From the NCBI GenBank assembly GCA_964525295.1, contig CAZGEO010000001.1, positions 440,662-504,661 on the forward strand: DNA of 64,000 nt. Reading direction: 5' to 3'. A program made the translations under genes and the position numbers. The notes beneath the pieces were generated by a model that was not told the origin of the DNA, made no database searches, and saw only the letters and a list, made by a program, of their open reading frames with translations. The DNA is from an uncultured Candidatus Saccharibacteria bacterium. Its GTDB lineage: Bacteria > Patescibacteriota > Dojkabacteria > GCA-002793355. Shown here piece after piece: positions 50,687-59,498 of the stretch; within the stretch, counting starts at the first letter, position 1, and every line of letters begins with the position of its first letter.

Positions 50687-50758
50687 TCATTGTACATCGC
50701 TTGGGAACATTCGTAAACTTGCGAAAAAAATCGCAAACTGTTATAATTCCATCGTCAT

Positions 50759-50830
50759 CGCGGGATGGAGCAAAGGCAGCTCGTCAGGCCCATAACCTGA
50801 AGGTTCTCGGTTCGAGTCCGAGTCCCGCAA
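50759..50830 (+). tRNA. Initiator tRNA-fMet (anticodon CAT)
   Basis: A C1·A72 mismatch at the acceptor end, an A11:U24 pair, the anticodon loop CCCATAA, and the T-arm CTCGG-TTCGAGT-CCGAG. Confidence 0.8.
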
Positions 50831-51100
50831 TTTTAATGATGTCAATATCCCAATAATTGCAAGAGCCGAGACGAGAACCGAAGGTTCGTAACTGAGGTCC
50901 AATGAATCAAACATTCGTGCGAATGAATTGCAGACCAAAGACATGCTGAGCGTGCAAATGTAAGTCAGCGTACCTCACCCAAGTTTTTCTTTTTTTTAGA
51001 AAAACTTATATCCATTATTTGCAATAACATAGTATTACTGCAATAATGTTAAGTAATTACCAATCTTTCGCAATATAGGTTAATATAACGACGTCGAATT

Positions 51101-53899
51101 ATGAAGAAAGTATTCATACTTTTATGTTTTTTCTCTACTGCTTCATTACTATTAACACTCCTCCCCACCGTTAAATCTTGGACCGCAATCGACGACCCTG
51201 TAAGAGTGGGTACAATTTCAGGATATACTCAGAAGACGGATTTTCTCTGTGCCGATGCGATGTTAATAAATAATGCCGAAGAGTTAGTAGTTTCAGATCG
51301 ATATACGGGTAAGATTGAAATTTTGACACTCGAAGGAGTCCCTTTGCGAAGTTTCCCAACTGAACGAGGTGATTACTTGTTAAACCCTGCGCATCTTCTT
51401 TTTCAAAGACAAATTCAACAATCTAGTGCAGGAAATTATTACCTAGCCGACACAAATCACAAACGTGTTGTCGTATTCAATGAAAACCTCGAATACCAAT
51501 TCCATATTGGAAGCGATGGCGTAAGTGGCACGATTTTTTCACAACCCCAAGGAATCGCCGTAACGGATGAAAGACTTTTCGTTTCGGACTCTACATTAAA
51601 CAAAATATTTATTTTTACCTTAAGCGGAGAATACATTGGAGAATTCGGTTCAGCAGGAAATGCAGATGGACAATTCAATACACCTATCGGGTTAACAACA
51701 AGTGCGGACAATACAAAACTATATGTTACCGATTCTTATAATTATCGTATTCAAGTATTTGATACTACAGGTACTTTTTTATCTAAATTTGGTACTTCAG
51801 GCTCAGGCGCAGGACAGCTAAACCGCCCCTATAGTATTTCAAGGGGCCCAGGAAATAAACTTTTTGTTGCTGATTATTCAAATCACCGTTTCGCAGTATT
51901 CACAGAAGCTGGTGCCTTCGTTATTAATGTTGGCTCATTCGGAACAGGCGATGGACAATTTAGATATCCAATGGGAACAGCTGTTTCTGCAGATGGCAAG
52001 ATCTATGTTTCAGATTGTCTCAACTTGCGTATTCAAATTTACAATGCCGATTACAGTTTAAACAAAGCACTAGGAGCCGATAAGTATGCGTCTGGTAATT
52101 TCTTTCTCCCTATTAGATCCACTATTATTGACAACAAGTTATACGTATCGCATTTAGATAAAAATACCATTGATGTCTTTAATCCAACAAGTGGTGAGTT
52201 ACTATTTTCGTTTGGATCTAGTGGCACAGGACCAGGACAATTTAGTCGTCCCAACGGCATGGCGACTGATGCAACAGGAAATATTTATATTTGTGAAAGT
52301 TCAAATGCGAGAACTCAAGTTTTCAACGCGAATCTTGAATATCAATACCAAATCACTTTACCGTCTGGAGCTTATGATTGTGATATTCACAACGATCGTA
52401 TATATTTGGCACTTACCAACAATACCATACAAATTAGAGAATTAAATGGAACATTAATTTCTTCATTTGGTGGTGCAGGTACCGGCAATGGACAATTTAA
52501 CCTCCCCTATACACTTATCATTGACAAGCAAGAGCGCATAGTAATTGCTGACGAGAATAATAATAGAATACAAGTATTTTCACTAACTGGAGACTTCCTT
52601 TTCAAATTTGGTACGTCTGGCTCAGGGGATGGTCAACTTAACAAACCATACTCTATTTCTGTGTCGCAGAACAACACCTATTTTGTTGCAGACACCATGA
52701 ATAATCGCATAAGCGTTTTCGATGCCTCTGGCAACTTTTTGAATGTATTTAGTTCAGTTTATGAAATATATTCACCTGGTGACATTTTTATCGATGAAAA
52801 CGATACGATCTTTATAACTTCGCGTAACTTACAACAAATATATAAATATCAGTACGACAAACAAGCACCAACGGGATCACTTTTGATTAACGGAGGTGCT
52901 GCGAAAACTAATAGTCCTACCGTAACGCTTACTGTAACTGCAACCGACACACTATCATCTATTACGAACATGATGATTTCCGAGAATTCCGACTTTACGG
53001 GTGCTTCTTGGACTTCTTATCAGTTGAATCCATCTTTTACTTTAAGCAACCCTGATGGTTTGAAAACAGTCTATGTAAAATTTGAAGATTCATTCACTAA
53101 TATTTCAGAAACATATTCTGCGAATATTTACCTCGACACCACCGTTCCTAATATTCTTCTTACTAAATTAGGTCAGATTAGCAACATTCCAGATAAAGCT
53201 TCATTAACCTACTACTTCACCTCACAAACGCCAACAATACTAGGAATAACGGAAGAGAATTCGACTGTTACTTTTACTGCCAACGGTCAAACATACACAA
53301 CAATTGCAGATACTAATGGTGACTTTTCACTTTCACTTACAACGCCGAAATTACTACGAGGTGAGAATATTATTTCATATAAGGCAACCGATTCAGCTGG
53401 AAATCTGTCTGAAACTCGTTCCTTAAAACTTATAATTGGCGAAGAATATTTTCCTGAATGGCTTTACGCTCTAGTCGTTTCTGGAGGACAAACCATTGAT
53501 ACTGTGGATCAAAACAGCAAACAAGAAGACATCAAAGAAGAAACTGATAACACAAAGTCCCCAGAGGTAAAAACCTTTAAGATTCTTATTAAAAATAGTA
53601 ACGGGGTACCAATCGCAAATACGCAGATACAAATAAAAGACAAGTATTACACAACTGATACTGATGGTTATGTATTTATCGCAGGCTTAGAAACAGCCAC
53701 TCTTTCATATGAAATAAATGACATCAAAGGCGAATTTCTTTTTAATACAGCAAATGATATTACAGAAATAACCGTAACAGCCCCCTCTGAAGAACAGCCC
53801 GCCAATCCAAAGAATACAACCTCAATCTCTTGGTTACTATTAACAATTCCAGTAATCCTTATAGTTGCATTCGTACTACGATATAAAAAGAGAGCATAA
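51101..53899 (+). CDS. Large NHL-repeat surface protein with a signal peptide and a C-terminal transmembrane anchor
   Basis: Multiple NHL-like repeats (YNYRIQVFD, SNHRFAVF, NNRIQVFS), an Ig-like/Thr-rich C-terminal region, and a terminal hydrophobic helix. Confidence 0.7.
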   Translation: MKKVFILLCFFSTASLLLTLLPTVKSWTAIDDPVRVGTISGYTQKTDFLCADAMLINNAEELVVSDRYTGKIEILTLEGVPLRSFPTERGDYLLNPAHLLFQRQIQQSSAGNYYLADTNHKRVVVFNENLEYQFHIGSDGVSGTIFSQPQGIAVTDERLFVSDSTLNKIFIFTLSGEYIGEFGSAGNADGQFNTPIGLTTSADNTKLYVTDSYNYRIQVFDTTGTFLSKFGTSGSGAGQLNRPYSISRGPGNKLFVADYSNHRFAVFTEAGAFVINVGSFGTGDGQFRYPMGTAVSADGKIYVSDCLNLRIQIYNADYSLNKALGADKYASGNFFLPIRSTIIDNKLYVSHLDKNTIDVFNPTSGELLFSFGSSGTGPGQFSRPNGMATDATGNIYICESSNARTQVFNANLEYQYQITLPSGAYDCDIHNDRIYLALTNNTIQIRELNGTLISSFGGAGTGNGQFNLPYTLIIDKQERIVIADENNNRIQVFSLTGDFLFKFGTSGSGDGQLNKPYSISVSQNNTYFVADTMNNRISVFDASGNFLNVFSSVYEIYSPGDIFIDENDTIFITSRNLQQIYKYQYDKQAPTGSLLINGGAAKTNSPTVTLTVTATDTLSSITNMMISENSDFTGASWTSYQLNPSFTLSNPDGLKTVYVKFEDSFTNISETYSANIYLDTTVPNILLTKLGQISNIPDKASLTYYFTSQTPTILGITEENSTVTFTANGQTYTTIADTNGDFSLSLTTPKLLRGENIISYKATDSAGNLSETRSLKLIIGEEYFPEWLYALVVSGGQTIDTVDQNSKQEDIKEETDNTKSPEVKTFKILIKNSNGVPIANTQIQIKDKYYTTDTDGYVFIAGLETATLSYEINDIKGEFLFNTANDITEITVTAPSEEQPANPKNTTSISWLLLTIPVILIVAFVLRYKKRA

Positions 53900-53919
53900 A
53901 AGATACTGTCTTAATTTCT

Positions 53920-55740
53920 CTAGACAGGCTTCTTAATCAAAAACGTTACTGCATAGGCAATAGCCCCTACGCCGGCAACAGCTGCTATTACACTGACAAC
54001 CACTTGAACCGCCGACACCGTTGGTGACTTAATCACAGTAACTGTTGGGGTTACCGTAACAATTGGGGTATCAGACGTTATGGGCAATCCTATATCATCT
54101 GGAGTATCGACTATTGTTGTTACCGTTGCAGTGGGAGTCGACGTTACCGTTACAGTTGGAGTTACCGTCGCCGTAGCGGTTGCGGTAACAGTCGCGGTAG
54201 GTGTTGCAGTCGCCGTAGCGGTTGTAGTTGGCGTAACTGTGGGCGTTGCGGTTGGCGTTGCTGTAGCGGTAGCAGTTGGCGTCGCTGTTGGAGTAGCAGT
54301 TGGCGTATCGGTCGGTGTATCAGTCGGAGTGTCGGTTGGTGTGTCAGTGGGTGTAGCAGTTGGCGTGGTGGTTGGTCGCAAATCGACTGAACCAGTGAAA
54401 ACTTCAACTTCATTTAACCCTATATTTTCACCACCAGAAGCCGTATCTACAAGAACTTCAAGTGAATTAATTAATGCTGGCTCGATATAAATATCGATAT
54501 AACCATTATCTGCCGAAATTGCCCACGAATATTCTGTATCAGAACCATCTCCTAAAATGACTCTTCCGGTTTCGGCAAATTCCCCACACATTCGATCATA
54601 AATTCTGATTCTATTTACTGTATACGATTGCGCCCACGTCATATTGACGCTTACTGGTAAAGTGTCAGAGGTAAACCATTCGCCAACATTACAAAGAAGT
54701 GACGAGCCATTGCTCACAGCCTGGCAATCATTTGATGAAGGAGAACAGGTATTAGTACTAATTCGTGAAATCTGTCGAGGAGAAGTTAAACTACCAAATT
54801 CAGTAATGTAACCGATACCAGAAACTTCACTTTGAGAGGCAACGAACACTCGCTGATCTGGATATGCAGTCAGTGAAATCACCCCATTTATAGATGAATT
54901 ATCGCCAAATTCATCGAGATAATGTAATCCTGTATCAAGCACTTGCACCCTATCATTACCAGCATCAGCAACAAATAGTCTATCCATCGTATATTCATAA
55001 CTTATTGCGACAGCGCCAGAAAACTCACCTTCACCCGAACCGTATGGAAGAGCGATGCGATTAACAAAAACTCCCCCCGTCGTGAATCTGTGAATTACCT
55101 CATTCCCTGGGTCATCTGCACCTGCATCAAGAATAAATAATTGTTGCGTTGTTTGATTAAACGTCATAGAACGAATTGACCAGAAAGAACCGTCAGTATC
55201 TTGGGCAGGAACATCACAATCACCCATAACCGTTGACGACACGCCATCGGTTGAATATTTCGTTACACAAGAATTAGCAGCAACATACACATTGCCTGCA
55301 AGGTCATTGACCACAGCTTTTGCGTTCGCAGGAATTGCCCACGAGGTCGAAAATGTTCTTGCGACCGCAAATTTTGATAGCTTATTCTGCGTATCGTCAA
55401 TAACATAATAAAAACCCTCTTCATCTGTTGAAACTCCAGCTATTGACTGAAACTCACCATCATTAGTGCCTGTACCACCAAATGAACCATCAGCTAAACC
55501 TTCGTTATCAAATAAATAGATAAGATTCCCGTTTACGATGACTATCTCTCCGGAATACTCATTGTAAGTTACAAAATCTGCTCCTGTTAAGGGTTCTGTC
55601 GTGAATTGAGACGATGTGGCTCCAAGAATAACAGGCTTATTCTCCTGTTGTAATGGGTTTGCCCTCGATATAATGGTAAATATTCCTACAATAGCAAGGG
55701 AAATTGCAAGAAAATAGATTAGTATTCCTTTCTCTTTCAT
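53920..55740 (-). CDS. NHL/beta-propeller-like surface protein with a Thr/Pro-rich linker and a C-terminal transmembrane anchor
   Basis: The start at 55740 ([19 protein letters not shown], a signal peptide) is preferred over the ORF-track ATG at 55827. It contains a (PTxT)n linker and a C-terminal transmembrane helix. Confidence 0.6.
   Translation of the reverse strand: MKEKGILIYFLAISLAIVGIFTIISRANPLQQENKPVILGATSSQFTTEPLTGADFVTYNEYSGEIVIVNGNLIYLFDNEGLADGSFGGTGTNDGEFQSIAGVSTDEEGFYYVIDDTQNKLSKFAVARTFSTSWAIPANAKAVVNDLAGNVYVAANSCVTKYSTDGVSSTVMGDCDVPAQDTDGSFWSIRSMTFNQTTQQLFILDAGADDPGNEVIHRFTTGGVFVNRIALPYGSGEGEFSGAVAISYEYTMDRLFVADAGNDRVQVLDTGLHYLDEFGDNSSINGVISLTAYPDQRVFVASQSEVSGIGYITEFGSLTSPRQISRISTNTCSPSSNDCQAVSNGSSLLCNVGEWFTSDTLPVSVNMTWAQSYTVNRIRIYDRMCGEFAETGRVILGDGSDTEYSWAISADNGYIDIYIEPALINSLEVLVDTASGGENIGLNEVEVFTGSVDLRPTTTPTATPTDTPTDTPTDTPTDTPTATPTATPTATATATPTATPTVTPTTTATATATPTATVTATATATVTPTVTVTSTPTATVTTIVDTPDDIGLPITSDTPIVTVTPTVTVIKSPTVSAVQVVVSVIAAVAGVGAIAYAVTFLIKKPV
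54120..54400 (-). repeat. Coding low-complexity repeat encoding a (Thr-Pro-Thr-Ala/Asp)n linker
   Basis: GTTGGCGT/GTCGGTGT-type short tandem repeats. The antisense ORF 54080..54490 is an artefact of this repeat. Confidence 0.7.
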
Positions 55741-55830
55741 GATAATAAAGTATAGCGATTTATAATTTTCTGTAAAGCCGAAGAGAACTTCACTAGACGG
55801 GCGATTATCATTCATACTAAAATTCAACCT

Positions 55831-56301
55831 ATGCGTTCAAGAGCAGAAAAATTAGTACCACTTTTTCTTACTGAAGAAAAAATCAACGTAATCAAAAATG
55901 AGTTGCTAGAAATTGAAACTATTATTTTACCCGAAATTCGTAAGCGCATGGCAGCGGCATACGAAGATGGCGATATCCCTGAAAATAATCCCTTTATTAC
56001 AGCAAATGAAGATTTGCAAGAAGCAATGAAACGAAGAAATGACCTACGAAAACAGCTAGCTCGTGCAAAACTCTTTAAGCCACACAAAGAACGAGACATT
56101 TTGCATCTCGGAAGTACCTGTACTATTAAGGTTGGAGGTGAGACGTTAAGAATAACGCTTGTGTCATCAGAAGAAGCTAATCCTACAGCAGGAAAAATCT
56201 CTATTGATTCGCCTCTTGGGAGCGCTCTACTCGCGCGACTGCCAGGCGAAACTGTAGAATTTACTACTCCTAGCGGAACACAAAAAGTCTCGATTCTCTA
56301 G
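55831..56301 (+). CDS. greA: Transcription elongation factor GreA
   Basis: An N-terminal coiled coil with acidic DxxE-containing residues ([12 protein letters not shown]), followed by the C-terminal FKBP-like domain. Confidence 0.85.
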   Translation: MRSRAEKLVPLFLTEEKINVIKNELLEIETIILPEIRKRMAAAYEDGDIPENNPFITANEDLQEAMKRRNDLRKQLARAKLFKPHKERDILHLGSTCTIKVGGETLRITLVSSEEANPTAGKISIDSPLGSALLARLPGETVEFTTPSGTQKVSIL

Positions 56302-56400
56302 ATTTTAATGAATAGCATTTATTGCAAAACACAAACTGACGTATATAGAGAAAATACGGACACGTAAACAAGGAAAGCCTATTACCTTCTCAATTTGTAT

Positions 56401-57051
56401 TTACAATTGCTGTGCACCTTTATTTTGCAAACGTCGCAATTCTTGCAAAATTGTATCAATTTCGCCAGCATCTTGCTGCGCTTGTGCAGATGGTTGTTGA
56501 TCAGCTGGAGCCATTGGCGTTGGCATAACTGGTTGAGCAGGAACGCTTTCTGGTGTAGCTGGAGGTTGAATCTGTTGTGCTGGATTTACAAATTGTGGAA
56601 CAGGTTGCGTGACTGGGGTAACTGGAGCAGTGGTTGCAACTGGAGCTTCAACTGATTCTTCTTCTGCCTTTTTCATATCTGCAAATAAGCTCTTCAATTC
56701 TTCGACCGCCTGTTTTGCTTTTGCTAATGATGCTTCATCATCACCCGTTGCGAAACCTGCGCCTTGAGCAACTGGGGATTCTTCTGCGGTTGTTGGTTCG
56801 ACTTCAAACGATTCATTATCAACATTTTCTAGTTCTTCTGTAGTCTCAGATGCACTAACGCCGTAGATTTCTTCGAAAGCAACAATTGCTTGTGTTAAAC
56901 CTTTTTTGGCCATTTTATACTGTTCAAGATTTGTTGCATCAATATCGCCTGCATACAAATCAAGGTATTTCACCATGTTGGTGATCTGTGAGAACATAAG
57001 TTCCATTACAGGGGATAATTCCATAAATTTCTGGTCAGTTTGTTCGTCCAT
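56401..57051 (-). CDS. Hypothetical acidic protein rich in Pro and Ala
   Basis: Low-complexity PA/PV/Q-rich C-terminal half. Confidence 0.35.
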   Translation of the reverse strand: MDEQTDQKFMELSPVMELMFSQITNMVKYLDLYAGDIDATNLEQYKMAKKGLTQAIVAFEEIYGVSASETTEELENVDNESFEVEPTTAEESPVAQGAGFATGDDEASLAKAKQAVEELKSLFADMKKAEEESVEAPVATTAPVTPVTQPVPQFVNPAQQIQPPATPESVPAQPVMPTPMAPADQQPSAQAQQDAGEIDTILQELRRLQNKGAQQL

Positions 57052-57104
57052 GAAATTGGGCAGTCATGTTATTTCTTTATAGTATCGTGTTTACTATTAC
57101 TCTG

Positions 57105-58250
57105 TCAATCTGTTGGAATTTTCTGCTGAAACGCTTGCCAATATTCTTCGATTTTCTGTCCAAATTGTTTACTGAAAATCTCTTTGTTAAAAATTTTTGC
57201 ATGCTCTTGTATCTTCTTAGTATCTGCACTCTTTGCGAACTCTTCAAACTCATAAAAATGGTCACAAAAACTTTCTACCGTCTGCTCAGGGAAAAATCTG
57301 CCACAATTCCCATTTACTGTTTCAAGCACACCACCTTTTTCATATACATATACAGGGATTCCTGCAGCCATAGCTTCTATTGGTGCAATACCAAAGTCTT
57401 CATACGCCGCAAAAAGAAAGCCTCTCGATTTGCGAAGCAATTCCCTCTTTTGTTCATGAGTCACATAACCAGTAAACCTAATATATTCTGAATTACCTGC
57501 TATTGCACGCAACCTGCGTTCATCTGGCCCAGTTCCAACAATGACTAAGTTCTTTTTCAATAATTTCATCGATTTAATAAGTAAATCGATTTTCTTATAC
57601 TTTACCAATCGAGAGTGAGTAATGAAATAATCACCTTTTTCTGTGTTTACCTCACTTCGCGTATAAAAATCAACATCAACTGGTGGATATAACACTTCAG
57701 CTTTTCGGTTCCAAAAAGCTTTAATTCGTGTCGCGACATCACCCGAATTGGCCAATAAATAATCAGGTCGCATAGCTGCTTGAGTATCCCAAAGCCTTTG
57801 CCAGGTCAAGATTGAATGATAAATTTCGCGCACTCCAGGAAATTTGTCATACCAATATCGCTCGCTATCTCCAAGCCAGAGCAGGCGCATCGGCGTATGC
57901 ACATAACTCACATGCAGTTGATTTTGTGTCGTTACGATACCGTGTACATAACCATACGAAAATGAAATGACAATATCGTATTCACCGAAATTCTGTGAGT
58001 CAATTATCGCTGGATACAGGGGCGTTAACTCTCGGTAAATTGCACTCATAAGGCCATTTGCAAATGGCGTACGAACTCTCTCTCTCTCTATTCCAATAAA
58101 GTCTAACACCTTTTTCTTATACGAAAACGCAAAAATATCTGCATTTGGAAACAATTCGTTGGCAACAACACCGAACAAATATTCGGCACCACCATAATAA
58201 TTTAAAAAAGGCGCGACCAAAAGAATTTTAGCTTCGTGCAAAGACCGCAT
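57105..58250 (-). CDS. Glycosyltransferase family 4 (GT-B fold)
   Basis: EDFGIAPIEAMAAGIPV matches the GT4 E-x7-E region. Confidence 0.75.
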   Translation of the reverse strand: MRSLHEAKILLVAPFLNYYGGAEYLFGVVANELFPNADIFAFSYKKKVLDFIGIERERVRTPFANGLMSAIYRELTPLYPAIIDSQNFGEYDIVISFSYGYVHGIVTTQNQLHVSYVHTPMRLLWLGDSERYWYDKFPGVREIYHSILTWQRLWDTQAAMRPDYLLANSGDVATRIKAFWNRKAEVLYPPVDVDFYTRSEVNTEKGDYFITHSRLVKYKKIDLLIKSMKLLKKNLVIVGTGPDERRLRAIAGNSEYIRFTGYVTHEQKRELLRKSRGFLFAAYEDFGIAPIEAMAAGIPVYVYEKGGVLETVNGNCGRFFPEQTVESFCDHFYEFEEFAKSADTKKIQEHAKIFNKEIFSKQFGQKIEEYWQAFQQKIPTD

Positions 58251-58271
58251 AAGGTATAGTACAATAGCTTT

Positions 58272-59312
58272 ATGAATAATGCCACAAATAACGATATTTC
58301 AAGACTTGATACAGAAATAAAGAATAGTACTTCAATTTTAGTCGTTGGTCATATAAATCCCGATCCTGACGCACTCGCTTCACTTTCTTTTATGTTTTCA
58401 CACCTCAAGGAATTTTATAAAAAGCCAAAAGTTACCGTTGCAGCTGAAAAAATCTCAACCGCACGAAATTATGTGCCAGGTTTCAACAACATCACACACG
58501 GAGCCCTCAACTTTATCATCGAACAGGCAGCGCCAGATCTTGTGATTTTTGTAGATTTTTCCCAAAAACATATGATCAGTCGCGAGAATGCCACAGAAGT
58601 CATGGAATATATTCAAAAAGGTGGTATTCCGCTTGTGGTAATCGATCATCATCCGAATGACTTAATGGATGTCGAGCCTGATATTTATATAAATCTTGCA
58701 CCGACCTCTACCTGCACAAATTTATATGAGATATTCGGCAGACAACTAAAAAATGAAATTACCGCAACACAAGCAGACGCGCTTCTTTACGGAATTGTTG
58801 CTGACACCGAGATGTTTCGTTTTAGTTACGGCGAAGATTCTCAAAAGCCACTTCTTGAAATGTCAGGAGAATTGCTAGATATTGCAAATACCGATTTAGA
58901 AAGTATTTCAAATCAAATGAAACGATCTCCCGTGGTAACCTGGCATCTCATTGCACAATTATTAAAAAATTTAAGACTATTGACGCCAGATGTTGCACTG
59001 ACAACTCTAGAAGAATTTGAAATCGACGAAATTGGATCCGAGAATAACGCTGTTAGCGAAGCGGCTACCTATGTTGCCAACAACGTTGTTTCATTGGTAG
59101 AAAATGCCAAAATTGGTGTACTTATTTATCCCGCAGGCGCAGCAGAGAATACTTTTACCGTTAGATTTCGCTCAAGTGATGAAAACTATCCCGTTAATGG
59201 CTTCGCTAGTGACCTTGGCGGTGGAGGTCATAAACAATCGGCCTCTGCAAGAGTTACAGCAACTTCACTAGATGAAGCAATTGAAATCGTTCGCAAAACA
59301 ATTAGTAGTTGA
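58272..59312 (+). CDS. nrnA: DHH/DHHA1 phosphoesterase (NrnA-like oligoribonuclease/pAp phosphatase)
   Basis: VGHINPDPDALAS, VIDHHPN and GGGH motifs. Confidence 0.8.
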   Translation: MNNATNNDISRLDTEIKNSTSILVVGHINPDPDALASLSFMFSHLKEFYKKPKVTVAAEKISTARNYVPGFNNITHGALNFIIEQAAPDLVIFVDFSQKHMISRENATEVMEYIQKGGIPLVVIDHHPNDLMDVEPDIYINLAPTSTCTNLYEIFGRQLKNEITATQADALLYGIVADTEMFRFSYGEDSQKPLLEMSGELLDIANTDLESISNQMKRSPVVTWHLIAQLLKNLRLLTPDVALTTLEEFEIDEIGSENNAVSEAATYVANNVVSLVENAKIGVLIYPAGAAENTFTVRFRSSDENYPVNGFASDLGGGGHKQSASARVTATSLDEAIEIVRKTISS

Positions 59313-59357
59313 TATTCTCAATTTTTTAAAGGAACCTAGGGCGCCTTGCAAATGCAA

Positions 59358-59429
59358 TGGGCGTACTTGGGATCGAACCAAGGACCACTGCTTTATAAGA
59401 ACAGCGCTCTACCACTGAGCTATACGCCC
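59358..59429 (-). tRNA. tRNA-Ile (anticodon TAT)
   Basis: The acceptor stem GGGCGTA pairs with TACGCCC. The anticodon stem CTGTT pairs with AGCAG (one G·U pair) around the loop CTTATAA. The T-arm is CTTGG-TTCGATC-CCAAG. Confidence 0.75.
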
Positions 59430-59498
59430 TAGGTAGACGAATTATACCCTATTTGGAATTAAATGCACAAAATAACGAAATGCAACTAAGTTGCAAAT

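Noticed and set aside
48150-50700. A prophage or integrative element anchored at the tRNA(CAT) and recombinase.
   Set aside because: The downstream genes are a small secreted hypothetical and a housekeeping pseudouridine synthase. No phage structural, replication or cargo genes are present, and no direct repeat of the tRNA 3' end was seen.
50575-50944. ORFs 50575..50856 (+) and 50741..50944 (-).
   Set aside because: They overlap the initiator tRNA gene and the 5' end of the pseudouridine synthase gene, and are spurious.
54080-54490. The repetitive VAVGV... ORF and the short tandem DNA repeat could be a CRISPR-like array or a separate gene.
   Set aside because: It is the antisense strand of the (Thr-Pro)n coding repeat inside the NHL surface-protein gene. 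The repeat units are 8-12 bp with no unique spacers, so it is not a CRISPR array.
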